Under the pieces are notes generated by a model. It saw only the letters and a program-made list of their open reading frames with translations, ran no database searches and was not told the DNA's origin. DNA of 64,000 bases from an uncultured Microthrixaceae bacterium (lineage in GTDB: Bacteria; Actinomycetota; Acidimicrobiia; Acidimicrobiales; DATDAH01), in NCBI GenBank assembly GCA_963845425.1, contig CAWJSC010000002.1, forward strand, positions 193,716 to 257,715, written 5' to 3'. Below are positions 1 through 10,722 of the stretch, one piece after another. The position numbers and the translations under genes are program-made. The stretch's first letter is position 1, and each line of letters begins with the position of its first letter.

Positions 1-464
1 AACAGGAAGGCGCCCACGCTGATCACGTTGACCACCGCGCCGTGCGCACTGGCCTGGAGGTGGGGCAGGGCCTCCTGGACCAGGAAGGTCGGGCCCCGCA
101 GGTTCACCGCCAGGGACTTCTCCCAGGCCTCGGGGGTGAGCATCCCGAGGGGCTGGGCCACCGCGTTGGCCGCGTTGTTGACCACGATGTCGATCTCGCC
201 GAAGCGGTCCGTAGTGGCCGCCACCAGGGACGCGAGGTCGTCCAACTCGCCGAGGTGGGTGGCGACACCCAGGGCCTCCGCGCCGGTGGCCTCGAGCGCA
301 GCCTGGGTCTCGGCGCAGGCCTCGGGCTTGCGACTGGCGACCACGACCTTGGCGCCCGCCGCAGCCAGCCCTTCGGCCACGGCCCGCCCGATCCCCCGGG
401 TCCCGCCGGTGACGATCGCCACCCGTCCCGAGAGATCGAACAGGGCTTTGGGGTCGACCGCCAT
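1..464 (-). CDS. Short-chain dehydrogenase/reductase (SDR); 3' end cut by window edge
   Basis: Own minus-strand translation from ATG (complement of 462-464): MAVDPKALFDLSGRVAIVTGGTRGIGRAVAEGLAAAGAKVVVASR...IDIVVNNAANA. It has the TGxxxGIG Rossmann motif and the NNAA motif. It is absent from the ORF track because no stop lies inside the window. Confidence 0.85.
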   Translation of the reverse strand, partial: MAVDPKALFDLSGRVAIVTGGTRGIGRAVAEGLAAAGAKVVVASRKPEACAETQAALEATGAEALGVATHLGELDDLASLVAATTDRFGEIDIVVNNAANAVAQPLGMLTPEAWEKSLAVNLRGPTFLVQEALPHLQASAHGAVVNVISVGAFL

Positions 465-1965
465 GGCGCGAATCTACGCTGCGGGCGTGCCCCGCCCGTC
501 ACCGCTCGCGCTCACCCTCGACGGCGAGCCCGGTGTCCTGACCGGGCGGTTCGCGCCCGAGGAGCACAAGACCTACCGGGTCCTTCCGGTGCTGGTCCCC
601 GAGGGCACGGCCCGCCTCGAGGTGGGCTACCGCTGGTCGCCCGAGCACGACACCGTCCTCGACCTCGGCCTGTGGGACACCGCCGGGTACCGCAGGGCCG
701 AGGGCTTCCGGGGCTGGTCAGGCAGCCGGGCCGGCCGCGGCCACCAGGGCGAGGCGCCGATCTGGATCGAGGCCGGCGCGGCCGACCGGTGCTACCGGGC
801 CGGGGTCGTCGCCGCCGGTGTCTGGTGGGTCGAGCTCGGCGCCGGCGAGGTCAGCGCCGAGGGCTCGTCCTACGAGGTGACCGTGGCGGCCCGCTCGGTG
901 GCCACCGGCGGCACCACGCCCCCGCCCGACCCCGTCGACCCCGACCACGTGGCCCGGGCCGAGCCCGGTTGGTACCACGCCGACCTGCACCAGCACGGCC
1001 GCCACTCCCACCCCCGGGCGCCCGGGTGGGACGAGCTCGTGGCCCGCTCCCGGGCCGTGGGCCTCGACGTGCTCCCGGTCGTGGACTACGTCGTGCCCTG
1101 GCTGTGGGACGAGCTGGGCCCGGTCCAGCGGGCCAACCCCGACCTCCTGGTGCTCCCCGGACGGGAGGTCATCACCTACTTCGGCCACGCGGTGGTGCTC
1201 GGCGAGACGCCGGGCCTGGTCGAGTACCGCCACGGCTTCGAGGACGTCGACCTGGGCGCGGTCCAGCGGGCCGCGGTCGACGCGGGGGCGCTGTTCCAGG
1301 TCGCCCACCCCACGACGTATCCCGAGGCGGTCTTCGGCAGCCACTGCCGGGGGTGCGAGTTCACCCTCGACGGGTCGATCGACTGGGACCTGGTCACCAG
1401 CATCGAGGTCCTGACCGGCCCGGTCGTGCTGGGCGAGCCGCCCGACTACCCCAACCCGTTCGTCGCCACCGCCCTGGACCGGTGGCGGGCTCTGCTGGCC
1501 GCTGGCCACCGGGTCACGGCGGTCTCGGGCTCCGACGACAAACTGGGCCACGACTTCGGCTCGTCGGCCACGGCCCTGTGGTGCCGGGAGCTGTCCCGGG
1601 CCGGGGTGCGGGAGGCCCTACGGGCCGGCCACGCCTACGTCCGCACCCACGGGGCCCTGGCCAGCCCGGCCCTCGAGGTGCGGGCGGGCGAGGCGATGAT
1701 GGGCGACACGGTCATCGGTCCGGCCGAACTGGAGGTCACCGTCGTCAACGGCCAGGGCCAGGAGCTGCAACTGCTCCGCGACGGGCAGGTCGTCCACGTC
1801 GTCGACCTCCCCACCGAGGAGTTCACCTGGCGCACCGGGATCGCGCCGGACCCGGCCAGCGGACCGTTGGGCACCGCCTGGGAGGTCCAGACCCACGACG
1901 CCCACGCCCCCACCACCGTCGCCAACCCCGTCTTCACCCGCCCCGAGACGCGAACTGGCGCCTGA
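463..1965 (+). CDS. PHP-domain (CehA/McbA-like) metal-dependent phosphoesterase
   Basis: In-frame ATG at 463 inside track ORF 28..1965; the upstream 145 codons are antisense to the SDR gene. His-rich PHP-type motif WYHADLHQHGRHSH, later VSGSDDKLGH. The exact start is uncertain. Confidence 0.7.
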   Translation: MARIYAAGVPRPSPLALTLDGEPGVLTGRFAPEEHKTYRVLPVLVPEGTARLEVGYRWSPEHDTVLDLGLWDTAGYRRAEGFRGWSGSRAGRGHQGEAPIWIEAGAADRCYRAGVVAAGVWWVELGAGEVSAEGSSYEVTVAARSVATGGTTPPPDPVDPDHVARAEPGWYHADLHQHGRHSHPRAPGWDELVARSRAVGLDVLPVVDYVVPWLWDELGPVQRANPDLLVLPGREVITYFGHAVVLGETPGLVEYRHGFEDVDLGAVQRAAVDAGALFQVAHPTTYPEAVFGSHCRGCEFTLDGSIDWDLVTSIEVLTGPVVLGEPPDYPNPFVATALDRWRALLAAGHRVTAVSGSDDKLGHDFGSSATALWCRELSRAGVREALRAGHAYVRTHGALASPALEVRAGEAMMGDTVIGPAELEVTVVNGQGQELQLLRDGQVVHVVDLPTEEFTWRTGIAPDPASGPLGTAWEVQTHDAHAPTTVANPVFTRPETRTGA

Positions 1966-1998
1966 TTTCGGGGTCAGGACCCCAAGATCAGGCGCCAG
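1955..1998. terminator. Bidirectional terminator-like hairpin between convergent genes
   Basis: CTGGCGCCTGAT (1955-1966) pairs perfectly with ATCAGGCGCCAG (1987-1998). An inner GGGGTC/GACCCC stem is nested inside. It lies between the stops at 1965 (+) and 2017 (-). No U-tract. Confidence 0.6.
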
Positions 1999-2016
1999 AA
2001 CGGCTCGATCCGAAGG

Positions 2017-4380
<2,364 letters not shown>

Positions 4381-4643
4381 CGTCGTCGAAGTCCTTTCGG
4401 GAGCGGGCCGGGTCCCTCCTGGCCCACAGGGTCCGAGAAGATACCCCGGGAGCCCCGCCCGGACAGAATCCGGGTCGGAGGGGTTGACGCGGGCGCCATT
4501 CGCGGGTGGACTCACTGGCCACACCAGCCCCACGAACCACGGTCCCCTCAGTACCTCCCGCTCGGCGCCGAGAGAGACCCACGGTGCGCGTTCGCGGGAT
4601 TCCTATTACGGTTCCGTTACAAGTCCACCCGGAGACCCACATC

Positions 4644-5825
4644 TTGCCCTCCCCGTCCCACCCCTCCCTGACCCGTGCCGTCCTGGCCGTGGCCGCCGCG
4701 ACCCTGTTCGCGGTCGTGCCCGTCCTGGTCCAGGCCGAGGAGTCCGACGACCCCCGGGCCGACCGGGACGCGGTCCGGGAACAGGCCGCCGACGTCGCCG
4801 CCGAGCTGGACGGGCTGCGGGCCGACGCCGAAGCGGTGCGGGACGCCCTCGCCGCCCTCGACGAGAACGTGCGGAGCAAGCGGGCCCAGTACGAGGACGC
4901 CCAGCGGGCCGCCCGCACGGCGCTGGCCGAGGCCGAGGCCGCCCGGGTCGAGGAGCGGCGCCTCGAGCAGGAGATCGTCACCCTGCAGGACGAGGTGGCC
5001 GAGGCCGCGGTCGACGCCTACATCCGGCCTCCGGAGAGCAACGACGCCGCCGTCTTCGACTCCGCCGACATCAACGAGGCGGCCCTGCGCGAAGCCCTGC
5101 TGCGCAACCAGTCCAACCGCCAGGAGGACGTGATCGACCAGCTCCGGGCGACCGAGGACGACCTGTCCGCCCAGCGGGTCGCGGCCGAGGAGGCCGCCCG
5201 GGAGGCCGAGCTCCTACGGACCGAGACCCAGGTCCAGTACCAGGAGCTGCGCACCGCCCAGGACCAGCAGCGGGAACTGGCCCGTCAGGTCGAGGAGCGG
5301 ATCAACCACGCCGCCGGCGAGGCCGCCGCCCTCGCCGAGCAGGAGGAGGAGCTGTCCGACCAGATCGCGGAGGAGGCGGCCCAGTTCGCGTCCTACATCC
5401 AGGGCATCAACCTCGGCCCGCCGGGCCAGCCCTACCAGAGCGGCCCCGTCTCGGTGCAGGACGCCGGCAACGGCATCATCGTCAACGTCTCGATCGTCGA
5501 CCGGATCACGGCCATGATCCAGGCCGCCGGCGCCGACGGGGTGTACCTCAGCGGCGGCGGCTACCGCGACTCGGCCCAGCAGATCGCCCTGCGCCAGGCC
5601 CACTGCGGCTCCAGCTACTACGCCATCTACCAGATGCCCTCGTCGTCCTGCTCACCGCCGACGGCCATCCCGGGCAGCTCGATGCACGAACAGGGCCTCG
5701 CCATCGACTTCGACAACTGCTCCTACGGCACGTCGGTCTACAACTGGCTCTCGGCCAACGCCGCCTCCTACGGGATGTACAACCTGCCGTCGGAGTCCTG
5801 GCACTGGAGCACCACCGGCGGCTGA
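4644..5825 (+). CDS. Secreted coiled-coil protein with C-terminal M15B (VanY-type D,D-carboxypeptidase) domain
   Basis: Track ORF 4506..5825. The first ~46 codons lie in a lower-GC, non-coding-looking stretch. TTG at 4644, preceded by GGAG, gives a signal-peptide-like N-terminus (PSLTRAVLAVAAATLFAVVPVLVQA). About 230 aa are E/A/R/Q-rich heptad-like coiled coil. The C-terminus reads SGGGYRDSAQQ...PGSSMHEQGLAIDF (VanY/M15B Zn ligand pattern). The start is uncertain (4506, 4587 or 4644). Confidence 0.8.
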   Translation: MPSPSHPSLTRAVLAVAAATLFAVVPVLVQAEESDDPRADRDAVREQAADVAAELDGLRADAEAVRDALAALDENVRSKRAQYEDAQRAARTALAEAEAARVEERRLEQEIVTLQDEVAEAAVDAYIRPPESNDAAVFDSADINEAALREALLRNQSNRQEDVIDQLRATEDDLSAQRVAAEEAAREAELLRTETQVQYQELRTAQDQQRELARQVEERINHAAGEAAALAEQEEELSDQIAEEAAQFASYIQGINLGPPGQPYQSGPVSVQDAGNGIIVNVSIVDRITAMIQAAGADGVYLSGGGYRDSAQQIALRQAHCGSSYYAIYQMPSSSCSPPTAIPGSSMHEQGLAIDFDNCSYGTSVYNWLSANAASYGMYNLPSESWHWSTTGG

Positions 5826-5844
5826 GCGCGCCGGGAAGGGACCG

Positions 5845-7341
5845 ATGACCCTGGTCCCGTCCACCCCCAGCCCTGAAGCTCCGGGGGTGGACGAACGCCA
5901 CGCCGTCGTGGCCGAGACCCACCTCTCGGTGGTGCTGCTGACCGGCGACCGCGCCCTCAAGCTCCCCAAGCCGGTGCGACTGCCCTTCGTCGACCAGTCC
6001 ACCCCCGAACGGCGCGACGCCGCGTGCCGACGGGAGGTCGAGCTGAACCGGCGACTCGCCCCGGACGTCTACCTCGGCGTCCTCGACCTGGTCCGCGATG
6101 GCGTGCCCATCGACCACCTGATCGAGATGCGACGCATGCCCGCGGACCGCCGACTGGCCACGCTGGCCCGGACCCACCATCCCGACGCCGCCGACGAGGT
6201 CCGTCGGGTGGCCCGCCGGCTGGCGGCCTTCCACGCCGATGCCGGGCGGTCGCCCACGATCAGCACCGCCGGGGACCCCGACGCGGTGCGGACGCTCTGG
6301 CAGGACAACCTCGTCGAGATGGCCGCGTTCACGCCGGCGGTGCTCGACGCGGACGCGCTGGCCGAGGTCGGCCGGGAGGCCATGGTCTACCTCGACGGGC
6401 GCGAGGACCTGCTGGAGCGCCGCCGGCGCGACGGCCGGATCGTGGACGGGCACGGCGACCTCCTGGCCGACGACATCTTCTGCCTGCCCGACGGGCCCCG
6501 CATCCTCGACTGCCTGGCCTTCGACGACCGCCTCCGGCACGGCGACGTCCTGCTCGACCTGGCCTTCCTGGCCATGGACCTGGAAGCCCTCGGCCGGGGC
6601 GACCTGGCCCGCTGCCTGGTCGAGGACTACACGGCGTTCAGCGGTGAGCACCATCCGGCGTCTCTGGCGCACCACTACATCGCCTACCGGGCGCTGGTCC
6701 GCGCGAAGGTGGCCTGCCTCAAGGTCGACGCCGACGGCGAGGCCGCAGTGGCCCGAGCCCGGAACCGGCTGGACCTGGCCCGACGGCACCTGGAGCAGGG
6801 TCGGGTTCGAGTCGTCCTGGTCGGCGGGGCGCCCGGGACCGGCAAGACGACCCTGGCCGCCGGCCTCGGGGACCTGACCGGCTGGGCGGTGCTGGACACC
6901 GACGAGCTCCGCAAGGACCTGGCCGGGGTCGGCCACCACCAGTCGGCCGCCGCCTCCTTCGGCCGGGGGATCTACCGGCCCGAGGTGACCCGGGTCGTGT
7001 ACCGGCGCCTGCTCGACCAGGCCGGGCGGCTCCTGCGGGCCGGCGAATCCGTCGTGCTCGACGCGTCGTGGACCTCAGCGGACGACCGCGCCGCAGCCCG
7101 CCGGACGGCCCACGCCAACCACGCCGAGGTCGTCGAGCTCCGGTGCACCGGGTCCCCCTCGTCGATCGCGGCCCGCGTCGACACCCGTTCCCGTCACGGC
7201 GGCGGGCCGAGTGACGCGGGCGTCGAGGTGGCGGCGCGACTGGCGGCCGCGCAGGACCCCTGGCCCGAGGCGGTCACCCTCGACGGTGACCGTGGCATCG
7301 AAGCGACCCTGGCTGCGGCGCGCGCCGCGGCCGGACCCTGA
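5845..7341 (+). CDS. Bifunctional aminoglycoside-phosphotransferase-like / P-loop ATPase protein (Rv2004c-like architecture)
   Basis: 498 aa. The N-terminal half has an APH/choline-kinase-like catalytic loop (DGHGDLLADDIF...FDDRLRHGDVLLDLAFL). The C-terminal half has Walker A (GGAPGTGKTT) and an AAA_33-like kinase fold. Confidence 0.85.
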   Translation: MTLVPSTPSPEAPGVDERHAVVAETHLSVVLLTGDRALKLPKPVRLPFVDQSTPERRDAACRREVELNRRLAPDVYLGVLDLVRDGVPIDHLIEMRRMPADRRLATLARTHHPDAADEVRRVARRLAAFHADAGRSPTISTAGDPDAVRTLWQDNLVEMAAFTPAVLDADALAEVGREAMVYLDGREDLLERRRRDGRIVDGHGDLLADDIFCLPDGPRILDCLAFDDRLRHGDVLLDLAFLAMDLEALGRGDLARCLVEDYTAFSGEHHPASLAHHYIAYRALVRAKVACLKVDADGEAAVARARNRLDLARRHLEQGRVRVVLVGGAPGTGKTTLAAGLGDLTGWAVLDTDELRKDLAGVGHHQSAAASFGRGIYRPEVTRVVYRRLLDQAGRLLRAGESVVLDASWTSADDRAAARRTAHANHAEVVELRCTGSPSSIAARVDTRSRHGGGPSDAGVEVAARLAAAQDPWPEAVTLDGDRGIEATLAAARAAAGP

Positions 7342-7352
7342 GCGCCGCTGAG

Positions 7353-7772
7353 TCAGCCCGAGCGGCGGAGCCGTCGGCCGCTCAGGCGCTCAGGCGTGAC
7401 GGCGATCCAGTGGTCGTGCTCGCCTTGCGCCCACGTCTGCAGGCCCGTGGCCTCGGCCACCTGGGCGACCTCCCGCGCCCCGCGGATCTCATCCGCGGGG
7501 CCCACGGCCACCACGCTCCAGCCCTCCCGGGCGACAGGGTCCAGGTCGTCGATCTCGAAGCTGGCCCGGGTGCCCCAGTCCACCGACTGGAGCTTGGTCC
7601 CGGGCGCGGTGCGGAACACGATGCGGCCGTCGTGCAGGGCGTAGTTCACCGGGAAGATCACCGGCTCGCGGCCGGCGATCACCGCCACCCGACCGACCGA
7701 GCCGGCGGCGAGGAGCTCGAGGCAACGGTCACGGTCCAGGACCTCGATGTGGGTGCGCACGTCTCGGAGCAC
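7353..7772 (-). CDS. Pyridoxamine 5'-phosphate oxidase family (split-barrel flavin/F420-binding) protein
   Basis: 139 aa: LDRDRCLELLAAGSVGRVAV...PVIFPVNYALHDGRIVFRTAPGTKL...ASFEIDDLD...GWSVVAVG, typical of the PPOX-class small proteins. GTG start. Confidence 0.8.
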   Translation of the reverse strand: MLRDVRTHIEVLDRDRCLELLAAGSVGRVAVIAGREPVIFPVNYALHDGRIVFRTAPGTKLQSVDWGTRASFEIDDLDPVAREGWSVVAVGPADEIRGAREVAQVAEATGLQTWAQGEHDHWIAVTPERLSGRRLRRSG

Positions 7773-7808
7773 CCGGTCATCCTCGCCCCGGGAGCGGGAT
7801 CGGGGTCA

Positions 7809-7822
7809 GGGTCGAAGGTCCC
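7809..7822. promoter_or_regulatory. DosR-box-like palindrome (degenerate) in the PNPOx / kinase divergent intergenic region
   Basis: GGGTCG-AA-GGTCCC. It lies 19 bp upstream of the kinase GTG (7841) and 37 bp upstream of the PNPOx start (7772). Confidence 0.4.
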
Positions 7823-7840
7823 CTCGAGTGGGACACGACG

Positions 7841-9286
7841 GTGGTCGTCCCCACTACCGTCGGGTGCCGCGTGACCACCGGTGAGCAGCTCCCGACCGAC
7901 CCGACCGCCTCGGTCGGGCCCGCCTTGGCCGAGACCATCTTCGACCTCGCCCCCGACGCCATCATCGTGGCCACCGTCGACGGGCGGATCACCTCGGCCA
8001 ACCACCGGGCCCGGGAGCTGTTCGGCTACGACGAGTTCACCGACGTCGCCGTCGACGACCTCGTGCCCGCCGGCGCCCGCAACGTGCACGCCTCCCACCG
8101 CGCGGCCTACGGCCGCGAACCCCGGACCCGGTCGATGGGCACGGGCCTCGACCTCAGCGCCGCCCGCCAGGACGGCTCCACGTTCCCGGTCGAGGTGGCC
8201 CTGGCCCCGATCCACCTCGGCGCCGAGGGGACCGGCGTCGTGGCCATCGTCCGCGACGTCACGGAGCGGATCGAGGCCCAGCGCCGGATCAACGAGATCC
8301 AGCAGACCCTCGACGGCACCGAGGAGGGCGTCTACGTCTTCGACGCCGACACCCTGCTGTTCGACTACGTGAACCAGGGCGCCGCCGACCAGCTCGGTCG
8401 TTCCCGGGCGGAGATGGAGGGGATGTCGGTCCTGGACCTCAACCCGACCATGGCCGAGGCGGACTACCGGGCCCTGATCCAGCCCCTGCTGGCCGGCCGC
8501 ATGTCCAGCCGGACCATTGCCACCCGCCACCGCCGCAAGGACGGCTCCGAACTGGAGGTCGAATGCGTCCTGCAGAGCTCGGAGGTCCCCCATCCCGACG
8601 GTCACCGCCGGATCGTCGCCTTCTGCCGGGACGTCACCGTGCGCCTCGAGACCGAGCGCCAGCTGCGGGCCGCCGAGCAGGAGCTGGGCGTGCTCGAGGA
8701 CCGCGAGCGCATCGCCCGCGACCTGCACGACACGGTCATCCAACGCCTGTTCGCCGCCGGGATGACCCTGCAGGCGGCCGCGGTGAAGACCGACGAGGCC
8801 ACCAGCGCCCGGGTGATCGAGGTGGTCGACGAGCTGGACCTGACCATCCGGGAGATCCGTCAGGCCATCTTCCGGCTCACGGTGCACAACCTCGACGCCG
8901 CCAGCGTGCGGCGGCGCGTCGTCGACGTGGTCGACGCGGAGCAGGCGGCCCTCGGGTTCGCGCCGGAGCTGGCCTTCAACGGCCCGCTGGAGACGGTGGG
9001 CGAGGCCGTGGTCGAGCACCTGATCGCCACGCTGCGCGAGGCGCTCTCCAACGCCGCTCGCCACGCTGACGCCCGGACCGTGCGGGTCACCGTGGACGTG
9101 GGTGACGACGTGTGCCTGGTGGTCGACGACGACGGCATCGGCCTCCCCCCGGAGCCCGGGAGCGGTGGCCACGGTCTGGCCAACATGGCCGATCGGGCGG
9201 CGACCATCGGGGGCACCGTGCGGGTGGAGCCCCGCGACCCCAGGGGCACTCGGGTGACCTGGCGGGTCCCGATGTCCCTCCCCTGA
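7841..9286 (+). CDS. PAS-PAS sensor histidine kinase (HisKA_3 / NarL-partner class)
   Basis: 481 aa. Two PAS-like segments (IFDLAPDAIIVATVDGRITSANHRARELFGY...; EEGVYVFDADTLLFDYVNQGAADQLGRSR...). H-box ERIARDLHDTVIQRLFA. HATPase_c N/G boxes (LREALSNAARHA, DDDGIGL, GHGLANMADRA). Confidence 0.9.
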   Translation: MVVPTTVGCRVTTGEQLPTDPTASVGPALAETIFDLAPDAIIVATVDGRITSANHRARELFGYDEFTDVAVDDLVPAGARNVHASHRAAYGREPRTRSMGTGLDLSAARQDGSTFPVEVALAPIHLGAEGTGVVAIVRDVTERIEAQRRINEIQQTLDGTEEGVYVFDADTLLFDYVNQGAADQLGRSRAEMEGMSVLDLNPTMAEADYRALIQPLLAGRMSSRTIATRHRRKDGSELEVECVLQSSEVPHPDGHRRIVAFCRDVTVRLETERQLRAAEQELGVLEDRERIARDLHDTVIQRLFAAGMTLQAAAVKTDEATSARVIEVVDELDLTIREIRQAIFRLTVHNLDAASVRRRVVDVVDAEQAALGFAPELAFNGPLETVGEAVVEHLIATLREALSNAARHADARTVRVTVDVGDDVCLVVDDDGIGLPPEPGSGGHGLANMADRAATIGGTVRVEPRDPRGTRVTWRVPMSLP

Positions 9287-9291
9287 CCGAC

Positions 9292-9948
9292 TCAGGCGTC
9301 GCGGGAGCGGCGCTTTCGTTCGTCCATCCGGGCGGCGAACGCCGCCGCCTCGGTGCGGCGGTCCATGCCGAGCTTCATGAGGATGCTCGACACGTAGTTC
9401 TTGACCGTCTTCTCGGCCAGGAACACCCGCTCGCCGATCTGTCGATTGGTCAGGCCCTCGCCGATGAGGTCGAAGATCTTGCGCTCCTGCTCGGTGAGCA
9501 CACTCAGGGTCTGCTCCTCGGCGGTGCCCATCCGGAGGCGTTCGAGCACCCGCTGGGTCGCCAGGGGGTCGAGCAGGGAGCCGCCGGCGGCCACGGTGCG
9601 GATCGAGGTCACGAGATCGACCTCCCGCACCTCCTTCAGGAGGTAGCCCGCGGCGCCCGCCATGATGGCGTCGAAGAGGGCTTCGTCGTCGCCGAAGGAG
9701 GTCAGCATCAGGCACGCCACCTCAGGGTGCTTGCTGCGCACCTCGCGACAGACCTCGACACCGTCGCCGTCCGGCAGGCGGACGTCGAGCACGGCGACGT
9801 CGGGACGGAGCGCCGAGATGCGCCGGATGCCCTGTTCGGCCGTCCCCGCCTCGCCGACCACCGTGAGGTCGTCCTCGGCCTCGAGCAGGGCCCGCAGGCC
9901 CCGCCGCACCACCTCGTGGTCGTCGAGGAGGAAGACACTGATGCTCAT
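9292..9948 (-). CDS. NarL/LuxR-family response regulator (DevR/DosR-like)
   Basis: Only the last 218 codons of track ORF 9292..11109 look coding. Receiver domain: MSISVFLLDDHEVVRRGL...DVAVLDVRLPDGDG...MLTSF. HTH: LTEQERKIFDLIGEGLTNRQIGERVFLAEKTVKNYVSSILMKLG. It converges on the kinase gene with a 5-bp gap. Confidence 0.9.
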   Translation of the reverse strand: MSISVFLLDDHEVVRRGLRALLEAEDDLTVVGEAGTAEQGIRRISALRPDVAVLDVRLPDGDGVEVCREVRSKHPEVACLMLTSFGDDEALFDAIMAGAAGYLLKEVREVDLVTSIRTVAAGGSLLDPLATQRVLERLRMGTAEEQTLSVLTEQERKIFDLIGEGLTNRQIGERVFLAEKTVKNYVSSILMKLGMDRRTEAAAFAARMDERKRRSRDA

Positions 9949-9992
9949 GACGCCATTCTGCCCGTGCCGGTGGGCGCCGGTCGGGATCAGTC

Positions 9993-10006
9993 GGGACCAA
10001 GGTCCC
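9993..10006. promoter_or_regulatory. DosR-box-like perfect palindrome in the response-regulator / orphan-gene divergent intergenic region
   Basis: GGGACC-AA-GGTCCC has perfect 6-bp arms around an AA centre (context gTCGGGACCAAGGTCCCTGg). It has the same arm/centre geometry as the mycobacterial DevR consensus core GGGACT-WW-AGTCCC. Confidence 0.55.
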
Positions 10007-10041
10007 TGGCCGGTGCGGGCCGATGGGCGCAGGGTGCCTCC

Positions 10042-10650
10042 ATGCGCATCCTTCTGACCGAGAGCGACGTCGGCGGGAGCGAGACCGCCACCCGCACCCT
10101 CGAGGCCGCCGGGCACGAGGTGCTCCGCTGCGTCGAGCCCGGCGCGGCGAGCTTCCCCTGCTCGGGATTGTCCACCGGGGACTGCCCCATCGACGGCCGG
10201 GTGGACGTGGCCGTGACCGTCCGCTCGGAGCCGCACGCCGGCCCGACCGAGCGGGAGACCGGCGTCCTCTGCGCGCTCCGCCACCACGTCCCGGTGGTCG
10301 TCTCCTCGGTAGACGAGGCCGACCCGCTGGCCACCTGGTCCACCGCGACCGTCACCGGTGCCACCACCGACCTCTTGGCCGCGGTCGACGCCGCCGCCCA
10401 CGGCGAGCTGGCCGAGCACGCCCGCGTGGCCGCCGAGGAGGCGAGCCACCAGCTCATCGGCGGCCCGCTGGACGTCGTCGCCCACCGCCGGGCCCGGGGC
10501 GTGGTGGTGACCCTGCGCACCGCCGACGTGCTCGACCCCCGCGGCAAGGAGAACCTCGCGGTCCAGGTGGCCGGCGCCGTCCGCCGCTTCGACGGCGACG
10601 CCGAAGTGATCGACGTCGCCGTCCTCGACGGGCAGCCGGGGAAGGGCTGA
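10042..10650 (+). CDS. Hypothetical protein (202 aa), divergent from the response regulator
   Basis: C-terminal part of track ORF 9112..10650 starting at ATG 10042. Strong GC3 bias typical of the coding frame; competing frames are S/T/R/P junk. The N-terminus MRILLTESDVGG is receiver-like, but no phospho-acceptor signature was seen. No recognisable catalytic motif. Confidence 0.6.
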   Translation: MRILLTESDVGGSETATRTLEAAGHEVLRCVEPGAASFPCSGLSTGDCPIDGRVDVAVTVRSEPHAGPTERETGVLCALRHHVPVVVSSVDEADPLATWSTATVTGATTDLLAAVDAAAHGELAEHARVAAEEASHQLIGGPLDVVAHRRARGVVVTLRTADVLDPRGKENLAVQVAGAVRRFDGDAEVIDVAVLDGQPGKG

Positions 10651-10664
10651 CGGACCAAGGTCCC
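10651..10664. promoter_or_regulatory. DosR-box-like palindrome upstream of the tandem USP gene
   Basis: CGGACC-AA-GGTCCC has one arm mismatch. It lies 59 bp upstream of ATG 10723, directly after the stop of the orphan gene. Confidence 0.5.
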
Positions 10665-10722
10665 GGACGCTGAGGCCCGTCGACCCTTGGCCCGCCCGAC
10701 CCGGACCCGCGAGCATGGGCCC

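Noticed and set aside
5548-6939. 463-aa minus-strand ORF antisense to the Rv2004c-like gene
   Set aside because: It has the same shadow-ORF composition. The plus frame has kinase and P-loop motifs.
7330-7390. Inverted repeats (CTGAGCGCC / GGCGCTCAG) at the convergent junction 7341/7353, considered as a terminator
   Set aside because: The arms overlap both coding ends and are interrupted, so I could not define a clean stem.
7679-9715. 678-aa minus-strand ORF antisense to the PAS histidine kinase
   Set aside because: It is low-complexity G/R/P/D/H-rich. The plus strand has H-box and ATPase motifs.
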